The translations under genes were made by a program, and so were the position numbers. Of a stretch of 64,000 nucleotides of DNA, positions 34,730-49,212 are shown in pieces. Under the pieces are notes generated by a model. That model had not been told where the DNA came from. It worked only from the letters and a program-made list of their open reading frames with translations, and ran no database searches. The DNA is from Tricharina praecox (taxonomy: Eukaryota), in contig NW_026250410.1 in NCBI RefSeq assembly GCF_024521635.1, positions 806,001 to 870,000 of the forward strand, read 5' to 3'. Every line of letters begins with the position of its first letter. Position 1 is the first letter of the stretch.

Positions 34730-35984
34730 ATGTTTCGTCAAAGCATCCGCCGCTTCGCCACTGCAGCGGAGAGCGCCTCTCCATACGGCATTAAGGTCGG
34801 CAAGGTGCAAGGAAAGGTTAATGGCTTCGTCGGCGGTACGTTTTCTCCGCCCCGAGCAGCCAAACTTTACTGACGATAGTAAACCATAATAGCCATTGGA
34901 AACACGCCCCTCATCCGGCTCAACAAACTCTCGGACGAGACCGGTTGCGAAATCCTCGGAAAGGCCGAATTTATGAATCCCGGAGGCTCTGTGAAAGGTG
35001 CGTAGATAATTCTAACCCCACCCCCGCTGCTGCAGCGCTACCCCACCTCCCCCGCCACCACCTTCGCGACTAACAGAAAGAACAACCACAGACCGGGCCG
35101 CGCTCTACGTAATCAAAGACGCCGAGGAGCGCGGGCTGATCCAGCCTGGCGGGACGATCATCGAAGGCACAGCGGGCAACACGGGCATCGGACTGGCGCA
35201 CGTGTGCCGCGCCAAGGGCTACAAGTGTGTGATATACATGCCGGACTCGCAGTCGCAGGGGAAGATCGACCTGCTGCGGCTGCTGGGCGCTGAGGTCTTC
35301 CCCGTGCCTGCCGTCGCGTACGATAACCCCGAGAACTACAACCACCAGGCGAAGCGCCACGCCGAGCGCATGGAAAACGCCGTCTGGACAAACCAGTTCG
35401 ATAACACCGCAAACCGCAGGGCGCACATCGAAACCACCGGCCCGGAGATGTGGGCGCAGACCGGCGGGAAGCTCGATGCGTTCACGTGTGCCACTGGCAC
35501 GGGCGGGACGCTGGCGGGTGTGACGCGGTATCTGAAGGAGGTGTCAGACGGGCAGACGGAGTGCTGGCTTGCGGACCCGCCGGGGTCGGTGCTGTTCTCG
35601 TACATCCAGAGCGGCGGGAAGCTCAGCGAGCGCAGCGGCGGCAGCATCACCGAGGGAATCGGCCAGGGCCGCGTCACCGACAACCTCAAGCAGGAGATCA
35701 ATCTCATCACGGATGCGCTGAGCATCCCCGACGAGGAGTCGATCAAGATGGTCTACCGCCTGCTCGACGAGGAGGGTCTCTACATGGGCGCCTCCACCGC
35801 GCTGAACGTCGTCGCTGCGTACCAGCTCGCTCAGAAGATCGGCCCCGGAAAGACTGTGGCTACTATTCTCTGCGATGGCGCGTACAGATATGCAGACCGC
35901 TTGTTCAGCAAGAAGTGGCTCAGGGAGAAGGGGCTGGATAAAGCCATTCCGTCGCATCTCGAGAAGTACGCTGTTCTGGACTAG
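34730..35984 (+). CDS. cysB: Cysteine synthase (O-acetylserine sulfhydrylase, PLP-dependent)
   Basis: ATG at 34730, [13 protein letters not shown] (mitochondrial-presequence-like). [44 protein letters not shown] and EGIG; two introns. Confidence 0.93.
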
Positions 35985-36987
35985 AGAGTGGGTAGATCCG
36001 TGGGAGGGCTGGCTGGCTGTATATACCTGTATTACGGTTGCGTTGTGTTGCGTTGTGCTGTGTTGTGGTAATTTGTCTTTTTCAGTTCCAGTTCTCATTA
36101 CCTACCTACCCACCTTTCTTTCTTCCTCATCTGTTCCTTTTGTTGTTTCTAAATCCCCCCCACTCATGGCGTTTTTTTCTTCTCTCCCTTTCTTTCTTTT
36201 ATGTTTTTTTTCATGGTTGGTCCGTTGAGACGGTGTCGATTGATGGTTGATGGTTGATGGTTGATGGTTGGATGGTTGGATGGTTGATGGTGGGATGTGT
36301 ATGTACCATGGTGGGGCCGAGAGATCCCGGGTTAAACGAATGAAGCAGTGTTGGTTAGAGACCGATGCACCGTGTGTGCGTGTGTGTGTGTGCTTGCGTG
36401 CGCATGAAATGAACGGGGCAGACATTAACCCGCCGTCGCGATTGAAGATCGTCCCTTGGAATAGAACAAGGTAGGTACATAGCGGTGCCGCCTTCGTCCC
36501 GATGAAAGTGCTCCCAAATTCCCAAATTCCAAATCAAAAACACAGATGAGCTCCACCATGGTCCATCAATGATCAGTGGAAGTTGGAGTTCGCTACCTAC
36601 CTATACATAGGCTATTAGGTATCCAGACCTGGCAGACCGCGGTATGTAGAATAATTGCATGTATGTACGAACCAATACCTACCGGTAGGTATGTGCTTGC
36701 TTTGTGTGGAGAATGTGAGACCGTAAGATACCTACTGTACTAGAGCAGAGCAGAGCAGAGTGTTTGGTCGTTCATACGGTGGTAGGTAGCTTCGGTAGAT
36801 AGGTTAGGTAGGTACTTAATCACTCGCCGCCACCACCACCATCGGTAGGGACCAGTAACTCGACCGGTAGTTACTATGTAGTTAGTCCGGGTCGCCGAAT
36901 GTCTGTCCGGGACATCCATGTCCGAGATTTCGCAGTCCGGTCCGGTCCGGCAGCGGGACGATTCGGCGAGGTCATGGTATCACTAAC

Positions 36988-37326
36988 CAGTGTTCTCCAT
37001 AGTCCAGTCCAGTCCAGTCCAGTCGGTCCGGACCCTGGACGGGACTAGACTACATACATTCAGTCCGTCCAGAGGTGTCTGTCGGACGAACCAGTCCACC
37101 AGTAAGGTCGGATGGGGCGGGGTAAGTGCCGAAAAGAGTGGCACTTTGTTTCACCATCGGACTGCAATCGACTGCAGTCCAACCCGGACCAACAAATTGG
37201 CGGACGGGACGAACTAGGTACTTTCATCCCGTCCTCAAACAGGCACGGACGGACGGGACTGGATCAAGCTTGGCAATCCGTCTCGTCCTGACTGCAGTCT
37301 GGACCGGACTACCTATGGAGAACACG
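36988..37326. mobile_element. Non-autonomous hAT-like MITE (339 bp)
   Basis: TIRs CAGTGTTCTCCATAG and CTATGGAGAACAC(-)G; 8-bp flanks TCACTAAC (36980-36987) and TCACCAAC (37327-37334); interior rich in GTCC/GGAC repeats; non-coding. Confidence 0.85.
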
Positions 37327-39151
37327 TCACCAACCGGCTTTCAAGATCCACAGCTACCTAGTCCGAGATGTAGCATCAGCCTGCCTGCACTGCACCGAAC
37401 CGACGGAGCCGTGCGGCGGTGGGCGGGACGGGAGTAGCAACCCTGCAGTGGACACGGCACCGATCCCACGAGCGTACATAGGCAGAGTACATGCTACCCG
37501 AGCGCTGAAACCACAGCGGCCCACGCCCGTTGGCCGCCCACCCGCCCGCCCCGTCGCAGACAGTGCTCCACCCCGCTCCCGTCCACCGTCTCCGTCCACC
37601 GTCCACCGACCACCGTCCACCATCCACCGTCCACCGTCCACCGACTACCGACCCTCATTTTTTTTGTTTTTTTGTTTTTGAGTACTCATTATCACCTACC
37701 TAGTAACATAGTACATACTTCCTACGACCTATCCAGATCTTCGCAATATCCGCCCATACCGGTATATGGTGAGTACACACTCCATTTCTCCATAGCTGTC
37801 CAGACTCCAACCCGACTTTCGTCGAGCGGCCCGATGTACCTAGCTTCCCCTGGGTATGATGGGTACCGTCACGTCACGTGCCCGCCCGAGTGCTCGCCCG
37901 AGTGACCGAACCACCGAACCCCCGCCCATGACCCGCATCCCCGTATCCCCGAACCACCACCCATGACCCACATGACCCACATCCCCGAACCACCGCCCAT
38001 GACCCGCATCCGCGATCCCAGCCCATCCGCGATCCCGGCCCATCCCGGCGCGTCCCGGCCCCCATCGTTCAGCCCCCCCAACCCCGCTGTGCAAACAGAA
38101 CAGAACGTCAAATCTACATAGAGTACATGCGCGATAAAATCCCGGCGAAACCTAACATACCTAACATATGTAGACAGATGCACACCGCCTCCCTCCCCGA
38201 GTTTCTTATCCTATCCTTATCAGCCAGCCCCCCTCCCCTCCGCTTCAGGGCCCTGCATATGAAGTTCGCTCGCTCGTTTGGGGAAGCGGAGCGGGAATCG
38301 GGATGCGAGCCGCCACCACCACCCAGCACCCAGCACGCACCACCCGTCACTGCCGTCATGTCAGACCTAGAGTATTCATGTCATAGGATAAGGAAAAAAA
38401 GCCACCGAAAAAAAAAACGATTTTGAGCAAAATTCGCGCGCTTCACACTCGAAAGAGAAAAAAGGAGGTGCAGAAAGAAAAAAAGTTCGAATTCGCCACT
38501 GATATCGTTCGTTCCTCCACCTCATCCCCATCCCATTCCATCCATCCAGTCCATCCAGCCATCCATCCAGCCATCCCAAAGATTCCATCTGCCCCTAGAT
38601 CCATCGAATTTCCCGAAGGCCGAAGCCACCCATCCCACCCCATCCCATCCCATCGATATCTCCATCCCATATACACCCCCACCCTACCTCGTCATGATAC
38701 AAACGGGCACAAATCCGAAACAAACGTAGCAAGCAAAAGTACTGTCGAAGCACAATGCAGGCAGGGCATAAACGCGGCAAAAAAACAAAAAGCGACAACA
38801 GAAAAAACAAATCAACACACACAGAAGCGCACCCAGTCAGGATCAACATAGCCAAAAGTTACAAAGCTCATCCAGTAGACGGTCAGCAAGCAGATGCAAC
38901 CAGGGAAGGAGAAAAAAGAACCGAACAGAATGAGAGAAGCTACAGAAAAAAGAATCCCCTCTATCACATACGAAAAAGTTATCTGCCGAAACTCAAGAGA
39001 AAAATGCCCATCCATATCTCATGTCGAAAACCACCCCCCATCTATCCATTGGAGAGAAAGGAAAAAAGAAAAGGTAAAAAAATAGCCTCATTGCGTCATT
39101 GCGTCATTGAATAGCTCGAACTGTGAGCGCCGGATATTTTAGGCACAAAGC

Positions 39152-41771
39152 TTATGCAGGTACCGCGCCGTTGAGAACGTGGGTGCCGGTCGTCTTGGGT
39201 TGCCGAAGGGTCAAGGGGAAGGGGTAGTCATCGGTGTCCTCCTCCTCACTAATTGTACGTCAGTGCATGAAATCAATAAGGAATGTCGTGGGTTACGAAC
39301 GGCAATCTCCAGCCAACGTAATCGTCCGTGTCCAAGTTCTCCATACCCTCCTGCAATGACGGGAAGTCACCAGGAGTCATCATACCGGTGCGGTCCCGAG
39401 GGGAGCCGGGCACCGACAACGGACGGGCAACCTTCTGCTCGGTACCGTCGAAGAATGGGAAGGGCTCCTCGTTCTCGAACGCGGCCGGGTAGGCTAGTGA
39501 GGCGTTAGCTTCCGATGCAATCATCCAGACCGTCGTTGGATATGCTTACCTCTCCTCAGAGCCAGCTGTCTGGCCTTGACGTACTCCATTCCCATGCGCT
39601 TCCAGTCCAGGAGATCACTGAGTCTCTCAGTGCGGTTACGCTGGTTGATACGCTGCCGTCTGCTCTTCTGGGCAAAGTCGAACATGTAGTCGGCAAGCTG
39701 GTTGACACTATCATCCACACCCTTACTGCGGCGGTCCACAATGTAGATACCGTAGTCGGACGCGTTCTCGATCAGCTCCTCCATGTAGCAACCGAAGCCG
39801 GAAAGGTTGGTCGTGATGGACGGGACACCCATGACGGTGCACTCGGCGGGGGTGTAACCCTGAAGATTGTTAGCCAGACTCATCCATGAAAGCACGAGAC
39901 CGAACGACTCACCCAAGGTTCGTAGTACGAGGGGAAGACACCCAAGTGGGTACCGCGAACGAAATCATCGTAGTCGAGGGGAAGCACGGGGTTGGCCGAG
40001 TTCAAGAACTCGGGGTGGAAGATGACCTTGACACGGTCCGATGGGTGGTTGAAAAGCTGCACCCGTCGGATCTGGTTCAGGATGGGATCCGTCAGGTCGT
40101 CGGCCATGTTGTGCGTAACCACGGGGGGCAGTGCGTTCCTCTTGAGGGCAAAGATTCTGCGCTTAAGCATGATCTTCTCCTGGTTGCTCACGAGCTCCTT
40201 ATCGGTCGGGAGGTCCTCTCCGTCGTGCCACCTCAGTGCGCGCTCAAACAGACGCTTTCCGACACCCTGCTCAACAACTCCAACCGCATCTCTCAGCGCC
40301 TTGATGACCGCCTGTCCCTTCAAAGCCTCAACGGTCAAGGAGTGGGTCTGGGCGGGCATGATAATGAACGCCACAACTGTGGTCTTGCTTCCAGACGTCT
40401 TGAGACGGTGGTTCAGACGTGCAAGCGACTCGACGAACATGTCGACACCCTTATTCCGGTACTCGTAACGACCCGCAGTGAAGAAGTAGAGGGTGTCCTC
40501 CAAAGCAAAGTCGTTGTGGCCGTAGAAGTGCCCCCGCGCGAAATCGTGGATCTTCTCCTTCGCCTGGGCGTGGAGGTTCTGGAACTCGTGCATCGCCGAG
40601 AACTTGACAACGTTCAATCCGTTGGGCAGAACACCGTCGGGCTTGCGCTTTAGCAGATGCTCGGCCTCGTAAGCGGTGATGTGAGAGACGGTGGTGAAGA
40701 CATCGCAAGAATGCGTGGCGGCACGCTCGATGCAGTAACGGTGGTAAATTCCACGCTTGCCAGCTTCGGCATCCACGTCGAAATACTGGAGGTTATTGTA
40801 GAAATCGACGGATCCTGCGCACAGGTAACGTCCGAGAAGCGTGGCGTGGGTGGTGAAGATGGTTGTGACGTCGATACGGCGCTTGCGGCAAAGCGGAAGA
40901 GCTACACCTGCGAGCCACTCGTGGAAATGCGCGATGACGGCCTTCTCGGTTTCTTGGCTGACGAACTAATCACGACGGACCAGTCAATCCCCGCCCCCAC
41001 TTTTTTCCGGAGAATCCCCGTCCGGGGAAGAAAGAAAAAAAAAAAGCGGCTCACCTCCCCCAAGAACCAAGCGACCAGGTATCCGAACACAACGGCCTCG
41101 TTAGTCTCATCATCGCCGGGAGGGCAAGGAATCATGGCAGCGCTCCATAGATCTCCCTTCCACTCATCCAAGTGCTTGTAACCGGTCTTGGTGTCGAACA
41201 GGAGCACCCTCGGGGCACCCTCGATAAGCCAGCGTCCGTACACGTAAGTGATACCGCGCTCGGCCATGGAGGCGAGCGTCTTCTTGAGCGCCTCATCCTG
41301 AGGTTCGAGTTGTTCGACTTCCACCGCGGCCTGCCCAAGTAGATCGTAATCCGAGATTAGTGGTGTACTCGGAGGAAGAAGGGGATGCGCCAACGGATGA
41401 AAGTACGACTGAGAGGGATGGGGATGGATATAAGGTGGCGGGGGAGCCGGAGGAGGAGGAAATTGTGAGGGGAAAGGGGACATAGGACGAGAGGGGAGTT
41501 GATGAGCACGCACCGAATGGCGGTTCAGAGGACCAATGAGGCAGTACCGCTCGCCATACTCGGCAGTTGTGATGGCAGCTTTGGACTTGATAACCGAGTA
41601 GATACCACCGACTGCATGTCGCACACGATCCAGTCAGCAGCTGTTCCAGAGCCATCACCAAGAACCAATCAACGGGGTGGAATGGTATTGGAGATGCGCA
41701 CCTCGGTTGGCGACCTCAGTTGAGATCTCGAAGAGGAGATGGTTCTTGACGTCTCGTGATCCGGAAGCCAT
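39152..41771 (-). CDS. GSY1: Glycogen synthase (GT3)
   Basis: ATG at 41771, [34 protein letters not shown]. Motifs [28 protein letters not shown] and [15 protein letters not shown]. Last exon ends DYPFPLTL...AVPA, TAA at 39154-39152; multiple introns. Confidence 0.96.
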
Positions 41772-44700
41772 TGTGATTTTATTTATTTTCGTAGCGTGCT
41801 CAATCGACACTCAACCCTTCTGTGGGAGGAGGGAGTAGGAAGATCTGGAACAGCGGACGGGGTATCAGCAGCTGTGATACTTAAGTAGGTTTCCGGATTC
41901 TTAAAGCAGTGGGCAGATGTCAACGACGCAATGGGGGGAAGCCGATGCGGTGCAACGGACGAGGCACTGAGGGGGGTGTGCGGGGGGTGGGGGGGGTATG
42001 TGCGGGGGGGTGGGTAACGGGTGGATTGAGTTGCAATGACGAAAGCGGCGAAAGTTGCGGAGGCGCACCTGGAACTGGGGATGGGGATGGGAGGGTGAGG
42101 TTGTGAGACACGAGAAGTGCGTGCAGTTTTTCACAGCGAATGCGGTAAACTTGGATCGCAGATATTGGGGGGGGGGGAGGGGGGGTCTGAAGGAAAAGCC
42201 GTGCAGATGGGGAGGTTATATACGTTGTGGGAGTGGAGAGAGTGTGTAGGGTTGTATTCTTGAGGTGGGGTTCAAGAAGGTGGTGGGACGAACGGATGGA
42301 TTGGTGGAGGTGGTGAAGATGATGGTGGTAGTGGTGGTGGGCGTATGGAGCTGCTTTTGTTTCCCGCTGGAGGAGAAGGAGCTGGAGCTACTGGGCAAAG
42401 GGGTGCAATTGCGCAGTGGAGGTGGGGAGGAGGGAGGAGAAGCAGGAATAATGTACTGCGCCGTGAAGCTGGGCAACGTGGAGGGGTAGGGGGGGTGAGG
42501 TGTGTGTGTGGGGGGGTGGTGGGTGAGGGGCAGGAGGGGGAGGGTGAGGGGCAGGAATCAAGATGCCGGCAAAAGAGGATGAAGGCAGGCGCGAGTTCGA
42601 GGAGGAGGCCGGCCGCATGAACGCCAATAACTGTTACCGGAATCCCTCCCCTGCTATTGCTTCTTCCATCTTCCCTTCGCTTCAGTCCGGCGGCCAGGGG
42701 GGGTAATGCCTGCTAGCAGCAGTGTCGTCGTTGAGTACTTTCTACATCACCTAACCGTCTGCATAGAGTGGTGGCCACGGCGGCGGCGGAGGAGGGGGAC
42801 GAGGACGACAGATTGGTGGTGGTGGTGGTACTGGCGGTACTTGTGTTGGTGGCGGTGGTGCTGGTAGTACTGGTAGTACCAAGTAGTAGTGGTGGTAGTG
42901 GTGGTGAACTGGTGGAGATGGAGGAGGTGGTGGTGGTGCGCGAGAAATGTGAAAGCGGTGTAACAATGAAGTCAGTAGTGAGTTTCGTTTTGTTTAGTGC
43001 GAGTTCGGTGAGAGAGGCAAGTCGGCCAGCCCACCAGCCAGCCAGAGCCAGAGCCATCCAGCCAGCCCAGAAATCTGACCGGCCAGCCCAGCTATGGCCC
43101 AGTCGGCCAAACAGCTTTGGTCTGAGAACAAAAAAAAACAGCCACCACATCGACGGACGATATTGCCATCTGAAGGCGGGCCGTAATGTGCTCTACTCTA
43201 ACCCGTGAGGTGTCTGCGTGTCTGCGTGCGTGCGTTCGCTCGTGCGGTCATGTAGCGTGGAAGTACCTAACTTACATACTCTGCGTACTTAATCCCATTT
43301 GATTGTCTATCTATTTATCTACGTGCACCCGCATCATGCTCCATCATCAATTCACTTCAATCAAACTATCGATGTGCTTGCAATGAGTGAAGAGTGAAGT
43401 GGTGCATGCCGATAGAATCTTCCATACTCTACACCCAGCAGCCAACCCCCCTCTTCGACAACGAGGACATGTGTGTGGGCCAGCTCGACCGAAGCCGCAC
43501 GCGCGCTTCCCCTCAGTTCATCGCTGCGATGAGTTGAGTGAATACCGATTCACTCTAGAGCTGGTGCGGACTGAGCTAGGTATTCGGTGCGATGCCGGTT
43601 AGTTAGCTGGATGCACTAGGAGCCCAGGAGGCGGCGGTGGCGGTTTGTGAGCGTACTCATCTACATACGGAACGAAGTTATGGTCGGAGGAGTGGCGGTG
43701 GTGTGGTATGGCGATGGCAGTATCCAAGGCGGTGATGCCGATGGGCAGTGGTACTATTGAGTGGATGACCGGTGTGTGGTGTGGTGTTGATGTTGGTGTT
43801 TGTATTTGTGGTGGTGTTGATGTTGGTGGTGGTGGTGGTGGGGTTGATGGTAGTGGTGATGATGTTGGTGGTGGCCATGCGATGGTGTGTGGTAGGCGAC
43901 AATCCCGATTCCAGGTTCGCGCAAAGCAAAGAAAAGAAAAGAAAAGAAAAAAAGCATCGCACGCACGCAGTAGAATCAGCAAAACAAAATAAGACTTCTA
44001 TGTACCGGTATCGAAACGGCTTCGTTCCATCCATCCATCGCAGGCAGGCCATGTTACCGGTACCGTATCATACTCTGAAGCTAAAGCAGCCCCGAAAGAA
44101 GAAATTAAACCATCATCATTCCGCCCGTCTTTCCTTTGTCCGTCCGCGATGGCCTGCAGCGGTCCCGCGAGCACATCGCTTGAGCCTCCGTCCAACTGCT
44201 CTTGCTTCCCACCCCAAGCACGTAACTACTACCTGGAGTATGGTAGCTGATCCAATAATGCTGCCGACAGTTTTGTGGCTGGTGACGGTGGCGTAGTTCG
44301 CGGCATAGCTGGATGAGCTACTATTACTACAGGTAGTACTCACCCACGGAGCGACAGTTACGGGAGTGGCACACCTGGAGCACATCGCAACTTACAGCTA
44401 CCTCCTACCTTTACCTACACCTTCACACCTCTGCAAGATGCTTCAGCCAAGCGATGATGACATCATGTTTCATTAGACAAAGAGTCTCGAGCTGCGATGA
44501 AGATGATGATGATGCTGGAACACGAATAGTACTTCGAGCACGGTATGTATCACAAGAAGAAGAAAGCAGAGGAAGAAAAAGAAAAGAAAAAAAAAGAAAG
44601 AGAAAAAAAAGGAAGGAGGGAAAAAAAGAAGAAACTGCGATGGGACCGCATGAAGGAGGCACGAGAAGGAAGGAAGCGCGCGGGCGGGCATTCGATTCTG

Positions 44701-45277
44701 CAAACTTCGACTCGAATCTCTCCTCTCCTCTTCTCCGACTCCATCGAACAGTATCAATATCGTCAATCGCCTCATCATCCCTAATCGCGACGGTTCTTAG
44801 TGGCCGGCAGCCCGTGAGGAGCGTGAGTTGTTTCGTTCCCCCCTCACACCTCACACCTCACCTCTCTCGATTGATTGCCTTGCCTTCCCTCATCTCGTCG
44901 CCAGCACATAGCTACATCTTCTCACTTTACCTTACCTTACCTTACATGCAATGAAGGAAGTGTGAGCACTCACAGAAAAGCGGAAAAAATTCTTTTCGAT
45001 GCCGCCAGAAGAGCTGGGCTGAGTTTTTGAGGGAGATAGCAGATAGTACGGTAACTGCTGGGGCTGCTAGACTTGAAGCAGGTTACGCACGGAATTGATA
45101 AACGTTGTGTTTTGTCATGGGATCGGAAGCGGGCGCTCTCTGCTCTGCTCTGCTTGCTCTGGTTCTGGTTCTGGTGTGGTTGCGCGGCAGCGGGGCTGGT
45201 CGTTCGCTCGCTCGTTCGTTTTTGATTGACGAGCGAAAAACAAACTGTGGGGTAACTTAGGACGGTATGTAGCAGGC

Positions 45278-45308
<31 letters not shown>

Positions 45309-47170
45309 ACCGGCCATGCCAGCGACAACTCCTCAGTTCTCCCCCCGTCCCCCCGTTCGCTCGTTTCTCCGTTCGCTCGTCGCTCGTCGCTCGCTGGTTC
45401 GTCGACCCCGCACACCCACCACCACCTCCCCTCCACCTCGACCACCACTAGCACCCACCTTAGGACTCCTCTGCTCTCCATAGTCTCCATAGATGCATGC
45501 TCTATGTACTCTACTCTAACTGCTCTGCTCCACCCTACTCTACTCTAACTCCTGCTAACCAAGTAACCACCATCCACCACCCACCAACCCCAGCCCGTGC
45601 CCAGCCCGTGGTAGTCGATGGCCCTGGATGGATGTCCCCCCCTCCTCTGTGTCGCCGCCCCCGCTCGGCCACGAGTGGAATAAACCCTCTTTCTTCTGGC
45701 ACCCATCGATTCTCCCGGGCGTCACGCACTCACCCAGGACACACGCGTTTCGGTATGTTGCGGAACGTGGCGATGGCCTTCCGGAAACGAAGGGCGAAAG
45801 TCTCAGAAAAAAAATCCGAGCGAGAAGGTCTAGAGAAGATGACGTTGGACCAACATACGCCCCCGGATCTGACGAGACGCGACGAGCGTTTTGCCTCCCT
45901 CCCTTCCTCCTCCGCGTTTAGAGTGCACTGTGAAGTAGGTAGTTCGACGGCGGGCCCTGGCTGGCTGGGAGTCGGGACGAACGACCCACCCCCACCCCCC
46001 GCCCCCCCGCCCCCCGATCCGCTACCTATGATATGGTCGCTCTATGTAGAGTGCATACATGAGTTACATATTTCTCCTTCCGGAACACGCGTGCTCGGCA
46101 TGACATGGCATGGCTGGCAAATGCATGGTGTATGATGGAGGAGAGAGAGAATGGAGTCCACGATAATACTAGGTAGTAGTGAATTGCGGATTCTTGCCTT
46201 CGGCATCCGTCCATCGCCACCAGTAGGAGGTATACCTACAGTCAGCCTCGTAATGAATTAGCGCAACTACTGCTGGCTGAGGGCTCACTTGCATATGTCC
46301 CTCTCTTCTACTCTTCACACGCACACACAATCTATGTACCCACTGTACACCGCCGTTAGAGTATACTGTAGTAGAGTGGAGATGATATCGATATCTGCTC
46401 CCATATATTCGGTCTCAACTGATGACGGATTGGCCACTGGCGGCAGATGAGACAAGTAGAGTAGAGTATCCACTCTACCGTGTAGGCGATATTCCGACCG
46501 GCCGTGGGCAGTGGGCATTATTGGCCGTCGAGGAGATATCGCGCGCGCATCTCATACTCCACAGACGGTCCGTTTTTTGGCTTCCGAGTGCCGGCCAGGC
46601 TGCAGTAGAGTACCATGTAAGCCTACATGACTTGACCATCCATCCATCCATCCGCCGCATCCATCCATCGTGTGTATTTGCAGCATGGCAGCATGGCATG
46701 GTCCGGAGGGAAGAAACCTAACCTATGGATGGCATGTATCCTAAGTTCCCAAGTCCCAACCGCCTCAGCTCGCTCGGAAAGACATCCAGTCCGGCCGGCC
46801 AGGCCAGCCAGCCAGCCCAAATTAAGGTTATCGGTTATCTTAGATTTGGCTGATGGTATCATATCACTTGGCATCCATCTTGTCCCATCTGATAAAGATA
46901 ACGATAAGCTTGTGCCACGGCGGAGAAAAATCCTTATCGCGCCGTAGTGGGGTGTGAAACAAACCCCTCCATCCGCATCGGTCATCCATCGGAATCGTAA
47001 ATTTAGAGTCGGTCGTCGTCGTCGTTCGTGACCCCCCGCCAAATCCGGACCATCTCCCCACCTTAATCCGCACGCACGCAACGCAACGTCACGTCATTCA
47101 CTCTCCCCCCTCAATCTAAAAATTGAGGAAAACGTCCGAGCGTATCGTACCGTATCACTCACTCAATCAA

Positions 47171-49212
47171 ATGGACAACCGTACGATTGGAATTCTGGGA
47201 GGCGGTCAGGTACGATGACACTGTGACTTACAGCGAGCGCGAAACATTTTTTTTTGTCGGGGGGCCATGTTCGTTTCGTTACTGTAAGCTGATCTCGACC
47301 TCACCACACAGCTCGGGCGAATGCTGGTGGAGGCGGCGCACCGTCTCAATGTCAAAACACTCATCCTCGATGCGCCGGGCTCGCCCGCGAAACAGATCAA
47401 CGCGCTGCATGCGCACGTCGACGGCTCGTTCGCGTCCGCCGACTCGATCCGCGAGATCGCCGCGCGCTGCGACGTCCTCACTTACGAGATCGAACATATC
47501 GATACCAAGGTGCTCGAGGAGCTGGATGCCGCTGGGACTGTTGAGGTAAGAATGAAGTCCTCATGGGGAGGGGGAAAGGCGGGGACCAGGGAGGCTGATA
47601 GTGAGTGCGTGTGTGTGATAGCTACAACCGTCTTGGAAAACTGTTAGAGTCATCCAGGATAAATACCTCCAGAAGGCGCATCTGATCGAGGCGGGGGTTA
47701 ACACCGCCGAGTCCCTTCCCGTCACTGCCGCCACACCGGAAGGGCTCGTGGAAATTGGAGCCACTCTGGGGTACCCGTTCATGCTCAAGTCCCGCACGCT
47801 GGCTTACGACGGCCGTGGAAACTACGTGGTCAAGAACGCCGATGCGATCCCGGGTGCGCTCGAGGCGCTCAAGGACCGCCCGCTATACGCTGAGAAGTGG
47901 GCGGCGTTCACGAAGGAGTTGGCCGTGATGGTCGTGAGGACTAAGACCGGAGAGTGCATCAGCTACCCGACGGTCGAGACGGTCCATGAAGACAACATCT
48001 GCAAGCTCGTGTACGCACCTGCGAATGTTGGCGCCGGCACCAGGGAGAAGGCGAGGAGGCTGGCGGAGAAGGCGGTGGGAAGCTTCTGGGGTGCTGGTGT
48101 GTTTGGTGTCGAGATGTTCCTTCTCGCGGACGGTGAGTTGCCATGCCATCCCAACCGTGCGCCGTTTCTTTGCGGTGGTCACAGCGACTGATCTGAATAC
48201 AGGCTCGCTGCTCATCAACGAGCTCGCTCCTCGCCCCCACAACTCGGGGCACTACACCATCGAAGCGTGCGCGACCTCGCAATACGAAGCGCACATCCGG
48301 GCCATCACCGGGCTCCCGCTGCGAGCACACTCCACCGCGCTTTCCACGCCCAGCACGCACGCGATAATGCTGAACCTCCTCGGCCCCAGCACATTCGACA
48401 TCGCGCGCGCCGCACTGGACACCAAAGGCGCAACGATCCACCTGTACGGCAAGACGGAAGCCAAGGTCGGGCGCAAGATGGGGCACGTCACCGTGATCGC
48501 TGGCAGCATGAGCGAGGCCGAGTACCAGATCGCGCCGCTGGTCAAGATGTTCGACGACGAGAAGCAGGGCCGGTCCGTCGGCGTTGCGATCCCGCAGGAA
48601 GCTGCCGCCGCCGGTCCCGCCCCCAGGAACCCCGTCGTCGCTATCATCATGGGCTCCGACTCCGACCTGCCCGTCATGAAGGCTGGCGCCGAGATCTTGA
48701 AGATGTTCGGCGTCGACTTCGACGTAACTATCGTCTCCGCCCACAGAACCCCGGACAGGATGTGCACGTTCGCGAAGGAGGCGCGCGCACGAGGCCTCAA
48801 GGCGATCATTGCGGGTGCTGGAGGCGCCGCGCATCTGCCCGGTATGGTCGCCGCTATGTGCACGCTCCCGGTCATCGGTGTCCCCGTGAAGGGAAGCGTG
48901 CTGGATGGTGTCGACAGTCTGCACAGCATCGTCCAGATGCCGGTAAGTCCTTCCCTTGACACCTACGATTTCCTGAGCTGCAACCACTAACCCAATCCAC
49001 AGCGAGGCGTCCCCGTCGCCACCGTTGCCATCAATAACTCCACCAACGCCGCACTGTTGGCGCTGCGGATCATCTCGGCGGAGAACAGCGAGCTGGGACG
49101 TGAGCTGCGGACGAAGCTGCAGAAGTACGTTGAGGACATGGAGGCTGAGGTTAATGTCAAGATCGACAAGCTCGAGACCGGAGGTTGGGAGGACTACGTC
49201 GTCAAGAAGTAG
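47171..49212 (+). CDS. ADE2: Phosphoribosylaminoimidazole carboxylase (PurK-PurE fusion)
   Basis: [54 protein letters not shown] and [11 protein letters not shown]; stop TAG at 49210-49212; four introns. Confidence 0.96.

Noticed and set aside
42265..44954. Many 60-170 aa ORFs with poly-V/T/H/K tracts
   Set aside because: They are translations of microsatellites and purine runs, with no domain signal or splice structure.
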